Shown in pieces: positions 55,490 through 64,000 of a stretch of 64,000 nt of DNA. The stretch covers positions 186,001 through 250,000 of the IMG/VR virus record IMGVR_UViG_3300020810_001156; one strand, given 5' to 3'. The stretch's first letter is position 1; each line of letters starts with the position of its first letter. Below the pieces are notes generated by a model. It was not told the DNA's origin. It made no database searches and saw only the letters and a list, made by a program, of their open reading frames with translations. The translations under genes and the position numbers were made by a program.

Positions 55490-56156
55490 AAAGACTTGTG
55501 TTTTATTATCAGGTCAGTTAAGAGAAGCTACCCATTATTATAAAAACATTAAGAAAAATCTTATTGATGTTTATAACGCTGATGTTTTTATTTCTACTTG
55601 GGAAAATTCTGGTAGAGATTGTTCAATCGAAGATGTGGTTGATTTATATAAACCAATAGCTTATGAAGTTGAAAATGAAAATCTTCAATTTTTAAAACAA
55701 ATGGTTTCCCCATATGAGTGGAGAAAGCCAGATACAGCTACTGATTCAGTATCAACATTTGCTATGTTCTATAAAATATTGAGAGTACATAGATTAAAAC
55801 ATATCCACGATAGTATGCGATTGGATAAATATGATACTGTAATTAGATGTAGATTTGATTTAGAAATAAATTCTCCTATTACATTGATAGAACCAAAAGA
55901 AAATACACTATACATTCCAAAAGGATGGGATTGGCATAAAGGTTATAATGATTTATTTGCATTAGGTGATTCTAAAGTTATGAATTACTATTCAAATATA
56001 TTCTATCATTTATTGGGGTTATTGGATGAAGGTTATATGTTACATCCAGAATATTTATTAAAAACATATTTAGATAAATCAGTATTTAATATAGAAAGAC
56101 CATTAATGGATATATCATTATTAGGTAGAAAAATATTTGAACACGGAGTCAATTAA
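55482..56156 (+). CDS. Putative glycan transferase (WavE-related family)
   Basis: LLSGQLR, DVFISTWE, YDTVIRCRFD, NDLFALG and HPE. Confidence 0.55.
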   Translation: MSKKTCVLLSGQLREATHYYKNIKKNLIDVYNADVFISTWENSGRDCSIEDVVDLYKPIAYEVENENLQFLKQMVSPYEWRKPDTATDSVSTFAMFYKILRVHRLKHIHDSMRLDKYDTVIRCRFDLEINSPITLIEPKENTLYIPKGWDWHKGYNDLFALGDSKVMNYYSNIFYHLLGLLDEGYMLHPEYLLKTYLDKSVFNIERPLMDISLLGRKIFEHGVN

Positions 56157-56168
56157 AAACAAAAACAA

Positions 56169-56996
56169 ATGAGTAACATAGAAAAACAATATCAAGGTAT
56201 CCTCAGAAAGTTGGTACTTTATGGAAAAGAAAAGGGAGATAGAACTGGAACTGGAACTCTATCTTACTTTGGGGAACAAATCAGACACAATATGGCTGAT
56301 GGATTTCCACTTCTTACTACAAAGAAGATGGCTATTAAATCTGTAATGACTGAACTAAAATGGTTTCTAAAAGGAAGAACTGATATCCAATATTTGAGAG
56401 ATAATAATTGTAAAATTTGGGATGGTGATTATGAAAAGAGTGGTAGAACCGATGGAACATTAGGGCCAATCTATGGTAAGCAATGGAGAGATTGGGATGG
56501 TAGACAAGAACGGGATGGTTCTTATGATATGAGCCTTGACCAAATTGCTAATCTGATATTTCTATTGAAAAGAAATCCAGACTCAAGGCGTTTAATGGTT
56601 AATGCTTGGAATGTAGGTGAGTTAAATGAAATGGTTCTACCACCTTGCCACTACGGATTCCAATGTTATGTATCTGAAGGTAAACTATCTCTAATGTGGA
56701 ATCAGAGAAGTGTAGATACGTTCTTAGGTTTACCATTTAACATTGCAAGTTATGGAACACTACTCCTTTTATTATGTGAAGAGACAGGGTTACAACCTGG
56801 TGAACTGATTGGGAACTTAGGTGATGTACATTTATATAAGAATCACATTCAACAAGCAAAAGAACAAATTGTAAGAGAACCATATAAGTTACCAACTATT
56901 GAACTTTCAAATGTGGATATACTTAAAGGAGAGTTCGATTACGAAATCAAAGATTATGAATATCACCCAAGTATAAAGGCACCATTAAGTAACTAA
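56169..56996 (+). CDS. thyA: Thymidylate synthase
   Basis: DRTGTGT, FPLLTTKK, GPIYG.QWR, LPPCH, QRSVD.FLG.PFN and H.Y.NH. Confidence 0.98.
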   Translation: MSNIEKQYQGILRKLVLYGKEKGDRTGTGTLSYFGEQIRHNMADGFPLLTTKKMAIKSVMTELKWFLKGRTDIQYLRDNNCKIWDGDYEKSGRTDGTLGPIYGKQWRDWDGRQERDGSYDMSLDQIANLIFLLKRNPDSRRLMVNAWNVGELNEMVLPPCHYGFQCYVSEGKLSLMWNQRSVDTFLGLPFNIASYGTLLLLLCEETGLQPGELIGNLGDVHLYKNHIQQAKEQIVREPYKLPTIELSNVDILKGEFDYEIKDYEYHPSIKAPLSN

Positions 56997-56997
56997 T

Positions 56998-57210
56998 ATG
57001 GGTTTAGAACTAAAATCAATTGATGATAATAATATAGAGGTTTACTCTAATTTAAAATTGGCAGGAACTATTATAAGACCAGAAATACCTACTCATCCTG
57101 ATGGAACCTTTAAGTGGTTCTTTAAACCCAATAAAGATTGTGGTTGTGTTTGGACAGATGTAAGTTTATTAGAATTGGGAACTATAATTAAAAAGATGAA
57201 TCAAAAATGA
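56998..57210 (+). CDS. Hypothetical protein
   Basis: 70-aa ORF. Confidence 0.5.
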   Translation: MGLELKSIDDNNIEVYSNLKLAGTIIRPEIPTHPDGTFKWFFKPNKDCGCVWTDVSLLELGTIIKKMNQK

Positions 57211-57389
57211 AAAAATTCAAAAGAAGTAAATTAAATAGAAAATTAAGTGGAATTTGTGGAGGATTGGGTGATTACTTTGATACTGACCCATTACTTTGGA
57301 GATTATTATTTGTATTACTATTCTTTATCCCCGCAATTCCAATTTTTATTCTATACATCATAACAACATTAATAACTGAATCCGAATGA
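57207..57389 (+). CDS. PspC-domain membrane protein
   Basis: RS...RKLSGICGGLG.YF..DP...RL. Confidence 0.88.
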   Translation: MKKFKRSKLNRKLSGICGGLGDYFDTDPLLWRLLFVLLFFIPAIPIFILYIITTLITESE

Positions 57390-57901
57390 AACCATTAAAA
57401 GAAGCAACGCACGATAAACACAAAGAGGCTGAAAGAATGTTGTTCAACACTAAAATGTTCAAAGGTGAATTAAGTGTAGAACAATATACAAAGTATCTTC
57501 TTTCACAATTAGAAATCTTCTCAACTATTGAAGAAAACTTTGAAATGCCACACAATGGATTGAGAAGAAAAGAAGCAGTTATGAAAGATTTAAAAGGAAT
57601 GGGTGTAAGACAATTAGAAATCTCAGACCCTGCTACTTTAAATTATACTACATATCTGAGAGGATTATCACAAGAGGATATTAATCCACATATTTATCTT
57701 AACTATCTTGCGATTATGTTTGGTGGACAGATGATGAAAAAAAATACACCCGGTCCTGGTAATATGTATGATTTCGATAACATGATGGAGTCAATGCAAT
57801 CAGTTAGAAATATACAAAAAGATGAGTGGGCAGATGAAGTGAATCGTGGATTTGATTTTATGATTGATATATTTAAAGAGTTAGAAAAATGTATAAACTA
57901 A
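57386..57901 (+). CDS. Heme oxygenase (biliverdin-producing)
   Basis: LKEAT...H..AE carrying the proximal His; H.Y..YLA.MFGGQ distal helix; E....F. Confidence 0.9.
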   Translation: MKPLKEATHDKHKEAERMLFNTKMFKGELSVEQYTKYLLSQLEIFSTIEENFEMPHNGLRRKEAVMKDLKGMGVRQLEISDPATLNYTTYLRGLSQEDINPHIYLNYLAIMFGGQMMKKNTPGPGNMYDFDNMMESMQSVRNIQKDEWADEVNRGFDFMIDIFKELEKCIN

Positions 57902-58560
57902 AAGATAGAATATTCCATCATTCAGAAAAGTTCAAAAATCTAATTGAACAACAAGAGGGTGTTCAGTTAATTGATACTGATGATTATGGTTGGGAAAACT
58001 ATCGTTATGAAAATGATAGATTCAGACTTGCCCATGTTGAACGATATTCTCATATGGGATTGGAGGTTGTACACATAACTTGTTTTCCAAGAGAAAACTC
58101 AAAGATGCCTGTTTTTGGATTTGATGTAGTTGGATATCAAAACGATGAAAAAGAAATGTCAAAAATTAGTGGAGTGTTTATTGATTGGTCACCAATCTTA
58201 ACTCACGATAAATGGCACGATACTCAATGGAACAAAGATAGAAAGTTACCTTATTGGGCAACTGTATTTTCAGAAGATTTTATAGCAGTAAGACCTACTG
58301 AAGATGAATACGAAAAAGTATTCGAAGTTGGGTTTGATGCATTCGAAAGATGGTTAGAAAGATTAAATACCGATGAGGATTTAACTGATGATGTAAGTGA
58401 GATTGAACAAATTATTGAAAGGCAAAACACTTATTGTGAACATCAAGCATCAAACAAACGAACAATGGGTGCTTTAACTGCTAACATTGGAGAGGAAAAA
58501 GCAAGACATTTTATGACAGAAGTTCTATTCCCTAAGATAAAAACTGACAATTTGTCATAA
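57889..58560 (+). CDS. Ferredoxin-dependent bilin reductase (PcyA/PcyX family)
   Basis: FR.AHVE, H...FP, PVFGFDVV, D.SP, R.LP.W..VFS, Q..YC..Q..N..T and FM..VLF. Confidence 0.9.
   Translation: MYKLKDRIFHHSEKFKNLIEQQEGVQLIDTDDYGWENYRYENDRFRLAHVERYSHMGLEVVHITCFPRENSKMPVFGFDVVGYQNDEKEMSKISGVFIDWSPILTHDKWHDTQWNKDRKLPYWATVFSEDFIAVRPTEDEYEKVFEVGFDAFERWLERLNTDEDLTDDVSEIEQIIERQNTYCEHQASNKRTMGALTANIGEEKARHFMTEVLFPKIKTDNLS
58545..58557. promoter_or_regulatory. Palindromic putative operator TGACA-N3-TGTCA
   Basis: Perfect inverted repeat 13 nt upstream of the -33 box of the groESL-region promoter. Confidence 0.4.
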
Positions 58561-58570
58561 TTGAGGATTA

Positions 58571-58602
58571 TTTGGAATTGTGGAATAAATTTCGTATATT
58601 AG
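58571..58602 (+). promoter_or_regulatory. Bacteroidota-type promoter
   Basis: TTTG-N20-TATATTAG. Confidence 0.75.
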
Positions 58603-58607
58603 TAGAT

Positions 58608-58871
58608 ATGTTTAACGCAGAAGAAATTAAAACAGTAGAAGGTTTCAAAAGACATTTTGGTGAACCTAAAGAAGGAATGTTAATCGATTTAACTCAAGAG
58701 TTCATTGAAGCATACCATAGACATGGGGTTGACCCATTTGAATTGGTAGATGGATTTGGATTGGATTGGGTTCAACTAATAATGAATTACAATGAAGATG
58801 TAGAAGAATATGAATTATGCGCAATCTTCAGAGATTTAATAAATGATTATATAAAAATAAAAACAAAGTAA
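58608..58871 (+). CDS. Hypothetical protein with a UVR-like E.YE.CA motif
   Basis: Start moved to the ATG at 58608, because the track start lies inside the promoter. Confidence 0.6.
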   Translation: MFNAEEIKTVEGFKRHFGEPKEGMLIDLTQEFIEAYHRHGVDPFELVDGFGLDWVQLIMNYNEDVEEYELCAIFRDLINDYIKIKTK

Positions 58872-58880
58872 ATTAAGTTT

Positions 58881-59171
58881 ATGGCAAATATTGGTAAACC
58901 CCTTGCAGATAGGGTTCTTCTTAAATTAGAAGATGTATCTGAATCAAAATCAAGTGGTGGTATTATACTCAACACAACCACACAAACCATTCAAACTGCG
59001 GAAGTAGTTGAAGTATCCGATGGATTTATTGGAAACAATGGTGAATTAATCAAATTAAGTGTAAATAGAGGTGATAAAGTTCTCATCAATAACGGAGCTG
59101 GGCAAAAGGTAAAGTTAGATGGAGTAGATTATCACTTAGTTAGAGAATCAGAAATTTTAATGGTAGTATAA
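58881..59171 (+). CDS. groES: Co-chaperonin GroES
   Basis: KPLADRVL, S.GGIIL, V..GDKVL and RESEIL. Confidence 0.95.
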   Translation: MANIGKPLADRVLLKLEDVSESKSSGGIILNTTTQTIQTAEVVEVSDGFIGNNGELIKLSVNRGDKVLINNGAGQKVKLDGVDYHLVRESEILMVV

Positions 59172-60800
<1,629 letters not shown>

Positions 60801-60827
60801 TATCGCATATTCCGATATCCGATATTC

Positions 60828-60859
60828 AAAAGGGAGGACGGTTGGTTCTCCCTTTTTTT
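60828..60859 (+). terminator. Rho-independent terminator
   Basis: AAAAGGGAG...CTCCCTTTT followed by a T run. Confidence 0.8.
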
Positions 60860-60878
60860 ATGTCCAAATTGTTAAATT

Positions 60879-60911
60879 TTTACAATTTCTTTACAATTTC
60901 TTAACATTGGA
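60879..60911 (+). repeat. 11-bp periodic direct repeats (putative response-regulator box)
   Basis: TTTACAATTTC-TTTACAATTTC-TTAACATTGGA. Confidence 0.55.
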
Positions 60912-60912
60912 T

Positions 60913-60920
60913 ATACTTAT
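60913..60920 (+). promoter_or_regulatory. Putative late-promoter motif ATACTTAT
   Basis: Followed by an AAGGAGG Shine-Dalgarno and the ATG at 60938. Confidence 0.5.
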
Positions 60921-60937
60921 ATATAAAGGAGGATATT

Positions 60938-61291
60938 ATGTTAAATCGAAAAAGAGTATTTTACCTCCTCTTTATTACATTCATTCTTACTATTGGAAAT
61001 GTGTTTGGTCAAGAAAGAGTTATTCATCAAATTGATGATAATTTGTATTCTTACAAGTATGTAAATGAAGAAGGAGAAGTAACACAAAAAGGCTTCTACA
61101 AAAAAGTAGATAATGTATTCAGACCGCATGGAATTTGGAGTGATTTTGTGGGAACAAAGGCTGAATACAAAGAAGGTATTATGGTATGGATTAAACCAAA
61201 AGGTGATAAAAAGTACACATATAAAGACCTAGAAATCCAAAGATTGAGGAATCGAATCACAAGATTGGAGAAAAAAATTACCTCATTATAA
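60938..61291 (+). CDS. Exported protein with a MORN-like beta hairpin
   Basis: Signal peptide; G.V.QKGFY...HG.W. Confidence 0.6.
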   Translation: MLNRKRVFYLLFITFILTIGNVFGQERVIHQIDDNLYSYKYVNEEGEVTQKGFYKKVDNVFRPHGIWSDFVGTKAEYKEGIMVWIKPKGDKKYTYKDLEIQRLRNRITRLEKKITSL

Positions 61292-61330
61292 CACACAAAA
61301 CTTCATAATTGTTTATTGTAATATATAAAA

Positions 61331-61354
61331 GACCCTACTTCGGTAGGGTTTTTT
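61331..61354 (+). terminator. Rho-independent terminator
   Basis: GACCCTAC-TTCG-GTAGGGTT followed by a T run. Confidence 0.85.
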
Positions 61355-61365
61355 ATTTTATTTCC

Positions 61366-61373
61366 ATATTTAT
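61366..61373 (+). promoter_or_regulatory. Putative late-promoter motif ATATTTAT
   Basis: Directly after a terminator. Confidence 0.5.
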
Positions 61374-61442
61374 TTTTGGAATTCCGATGTTTTTGAAAAG
61401 GGAGAAGTTATATCGACTTTAATTAAAACAAAGGAGAACATT

Positions 61443-61679
61443 ATGGACTTTCTTAAAAAGATTGGCTCTTGGGCTAATCAACTTGTAGAAGTAGGTACAA
61501 CTCTAATTGCATTAGGTGTAGTTTTTGAAGTACTATTTAAAGGGATGAGCATTCCGTTCTGGCCAAACATTTCTGTAGTAGATAATATTATGGGAATCAT
61601 CGGTGGATTATCTGCTGAAGGATTGGTTGGATTAGTAGGGGCATTCGTTCTTTACCACATCCTTAAAAAGAAGGATTAA
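61443..61679 (+). CDS. Small hydrophobic membrane protein
   Basis: LIALGVV.EVLF.G..IPFW and GLVGLV; AAGGAG Shine-Dalgarno. Confidence 0.75.
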   Translation: MDFLKKIGSWANQLVEVGTTLIALGVVFEVLFKGMSIPFWPNISVVDNIMGIIGGLSAEGLVGLVGAFVLYHILKKKD

Positions 61680-61714
61680 GTTAACCAATAAAGGTTAAGA
61701 AGAAATAGCTATTT

Positions 61715-61749
61715 GAAACCCTCAACTTATGTTGGGGGTTTCTTTTTTT
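61715..61749 (+). terminator. Rho-independent terminator
   Basis: GAAACCCTCAAC-TTAT-GTTGGGGGTTTC followed by T7. Confidence 0.85.
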
Positions 61750-61752
61750 GTA

Positions 61753-61760
61753 ATATTTAT
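61753..61760 (+). promoter_or_regulatory. Putative late-promoter motif ATATTTAT
   Basis: Directly after a terminator. Confidence 0.55.
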
Positions 61761-61777
61761 ATACAAAGAATAAAAGA

Positions 61778-62266
61778 ATGGCATTACCAGCATCAGGACA
61801 ATTAGGACTATCTCAGATAAATTCTGAGTTAGGTAGAACTGCATCTTCACAAATCTCTTTGGATACTGCTGAAAATGGTGGATATGGTGCAATTAATAGA
61901 AACTCTCGAAGTTATCCAAATGCAACAAATCCTGCTTCAGTATCAGAATGGTATTCCTATAACCACAGTGCAGGTGGTGGTGGTGGTGGAGGACTTACTG
62001 CAATTGATTTGGGATATTCAGGTAGAGCTGAGGATTCTAATTTTGGTGAACTTGAAGCATGTAGTGAATTCTCTTCAGAACGAACACCAACCTATTACAA
62101 CGCAAGTGGTGGTGACTGGTGGAATGTACCGATTTTCTCAAACAGCGCTGGAAGTGTTTATGCTACAGCGGGTTGGTATTCTGACCAACCTTATGCTGGT
62201 GGATTTACTGTTAGATATTGGAGAGGTTCAAGTTGGTCTTCCGAAGCAGCACTTTGTACACTTTAA
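61778..62266 (+). CDS. Putative virion structural or fibre-associated protein
   Basis: MALPASG.L..SQIN.ELG and SEWYSY.H N-terminal domain, poly-Gly hinge, GWYSD domain. Confidence 0.6.
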   Translation: MALPASGQLGLSQINSELGRTASSQISLDTAENGGYGAINRNSRSYPNATNPASVSEWYSYNHSAGGGGGGGLTAIDLGYSGRAEDSNFGELEACSEFSSERTPTYYNASGGDWWNVPIFSNSAGSVYATAGWYSDQPYAGGFTVRYWRGSSWSSEAALCTL

Positions 62267-62269
62267 TTT

Positions 62270-62283
62270 ATACTTATATTTAT
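62270..62283 (+). promoter_or_regulatory. Overlapping ATACTTAT/ATATTTAT late-type motifs
   Basis: 4 nt before the ATG at 62288. Confidence 0.5.
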
Positions 62284-62287
62284 ATAC

Positions 62288-63118
62288 ATGAGAAGAATAA
62301 TCATTTTAATACTTTTAGGATTTCTATTAACATCTTGTGGAAGTATGTATCAATTTTCCACAATCAATCACACACCAGAATATATTGGTGATGTGAGAGT
62401 TGATAAGATTGAAAATAGAATGGATTTGAATTGGAAGTTAAGAACTGATAATCAATTCAGATGGAATTTTGCTCAATATGCACAGAACCAACCTTTGAGT
62501 TGGTATTACGATAACTCTTGGGAGTTAGGATTATATACGAACCCATACTTTACTACTTGGGATTTTTACTTCAATAGAACTCAACTTTGGTGGGATTGGA
62601 GTTTCAACTATCCTTACAATTGGGGATGGAACCGTTGGTATCCATTTGGATACAATAGATGGGGTTGGAACTATGGATTCAGAAACAATTGGGCATGGGG
62701 ATATAATCCTTACAGATGGAATAGTGGATTTGTTCATAATCCTCAACCAATAAGAAATAGAAATGTTGTTGTGGTGAATGGTAGAAGAGGTTCTAACAAC
62801 ACAAACATTATAATAAACAGAGGCAGGTCGAATAATTCGACCACCAATAATTCCAATGTTAGAGTTAGAAGGTATGATAACAAAGATAGAATTGTACCTC
62901 GTAGAGATTATAACGATATAAAGAGTAGAGTTAGAACACCTATAAACAATAACTCAACACCTACGAGAAATTATAATGTACCAAGACCTAATAACAATAA
63001 CAATATAAGAAGAACTCCACCACCGCCTCCAACAAGACCTGTGGTTAGACCAAATGTAAGTAGAGGTTCAAATGTAGGTAGAAGTTCATCTCAGGTTATC
63101 AAAAGAAATAATGAGTAA
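62288..63118 (+). CDS. Lipoprotein with W/Y/N-rich and R/N/P-rich low-complexity regions
   Basis: Lipobox LTSC; Bacteroidota-style disordered tail. Confidence 0.7.
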   Translation: MRRIIILILLGFLLTSCGSMYQFSTINHTPEYIGDVRVDKIENRMDLNWKLRTDNQFRWNFAQYAQNQPLSWYYDNSWELGLYTNPYFTTWDFYFNRTQLWWDWSFNYPYNWGWNRWYPFGYNRWGWNYGFRNNWAWGYNPYRWNSGFVHNPQPIRNRNVVVVNGRRGSNNTNIIINRGRSNNSTTNNSNVRVRRYDNKDRIVPRRDYNDIKSRVRTPINNNSTPTRNYNVPRPNNNNNIRRTPPPPPTRPVVRPNVSRGSNVGRSSSQVIKRNNE

Positions 63119-64000
63119 TCTAAAACTAAACATACCAAAGGATGTAATCAAGATACATAAGGCATTCAAAAAGAATGGTAAAAAACTTTATGTAGTTGGT
63201 GGTGCGGTTAGAGATGCCATCTTAGGTAAATCACCTAAAGATTTCGATTTAGCAACTGATGCAAAACCTGAAGAAGTTGAGAAGATAGCAAAAGATAATG
63301 GAATATCATCTAAACCACTTGGAAAGGCATTTGGTGTTGTTTCACTTTTTATTAATAATGAAGAATATGAGATTGCAACTTTCAGAAAAGATATCGGAAA
63401 AGGTAGGAGACCTTCATCGGTAGATTACACAGATATACATGGTGATGTTAAGAGAAGGGATTTAACTGTAAATGCCTTATTCTATGACATCGATAGAAAA
63501 GAGATTGTAGATTTAGTTGGTGGTATAGAAGATTTGAAAAAGAAAAACATCAGAACTGTTGGTAAAGCAAAAGAAAGATTTGATGAGGACCCGTTAAGAA
63601 AGTTAAGAGCATTAAGATTTTGGACAAGATTGGGTGGTAAGTTAGATAAAGAGTTATTAGATGCTTTACAAAATGACCCATCAATAAAAGGAGTTAGTTC
63701 TGAAAGAATTAGAGATGAATTCTTAAAATCAATCAAATCATCAAAGAATACAAAAGAGTATATGGAGATGTGTGATAAGATTGGATTTACTTCTCAGATA
63801 CTTCCAAATCTAAAAGTATCAAAACCATATCCTAAAACAAACGATTATATTTTATTCTTAGCATGGGTATTAAGAAAGAACTCACCAGTTGTACTATCTA
63901 AAATTCTAAATAAGATAAACTATACAAATGATGAAAGAGATGAAATAGTTTATCTAAATACACTTCAAGATTTCAAACCTGAAAATGTTTTAGTTTATAA
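63111..64000 (+). CDS. cca: CCA-adding tRNA nucleotidyltransferase (class II), 3' truncated by the window edge, not in the ORF track
   Basis: VGGAVRD..LG..PKDFDLAT, EIATFR, RRDLTVNAL and FDEDPLR.LRALRF. Confidence 0.9.
   Translation, partial: MSNLKLNIPKDVIKIHKAFKKNGKKLYVVGGAVRDAILGKSPKDFDLATDAKPEEVEKIAKDNGISSKPLGKAFGVVSLFINNEEYEIATFRKDIGKGRRPSSVDYTDIHGDVKRRDLTVNALFYDIDRKEIVDLVGGIEDLKKKNIRTVGKAKERFDEDPLRKLRALRFWTRLGGKLDKELLDALQNDPSIKGVSSERIRDEFLKSIKSSKNTKEYMEMCDKIGFTSQILPNLKVSKPYPKTNDYILFLAWVLRKNSPVVLSKILNKINYTNDERDEIVYLNTLQDFKPENVLVY

Overview
This AT-rich 64-kb window is very gene-dense and every credible gene is on the + strand. It is best read as part of a large (jumbo-type, T4-like replisome) lytic bacteriophage. 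The host is inferred to be Bacteroidota, probably Flavobacteria-like, from thirteen (T/C)TTG-N20-TAnnT(T/A)G promoters, a DUF4494-like gene, a T9SS-type cargo protein and a flavobacterial-type TonB receptor. In order, the window holds: (1) a replication block with family-B DNA polymerase, sliding clamp, a DruA/DUF4338-like protein, clamp loaders and a Cas4/RecB-like nuclease; (2) a 15-kb glycan-synthesis cluster; (3) a late/virion block with putative head-packaged, protease-processed proteins, ribosomal protein bS21, a Ser/Gly-rich fibre-like protein and an S8 protease; (4) an APS kinase module and further glycan genes; (5) an early region with repeated promoters and a VWA/MoxR pair; (6) a DNA methyltransferase, TonB receptor, nucleotide-sugar enzymes, thyA, heme oxygenase plus bilin reductase and groES/groEL; (7) a CCA-adding enzyme cut by the window edge. 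I saw no tRNA, rRNA, CRISPR array or IS element. The most promising leads are a possible phage virion glycosylation system with an [S/T]-x-S sequon, a capsid-targeting and polyprotein system built on LNE/ESVNE cleavage linkers, a heme uptake-to-bilin pathway, bS21-linked translational reprogramming, a minimal PAPS pathway and a DruA-like protein inside the replisome. All functional calls come from motif recognition by eye, without database searches.
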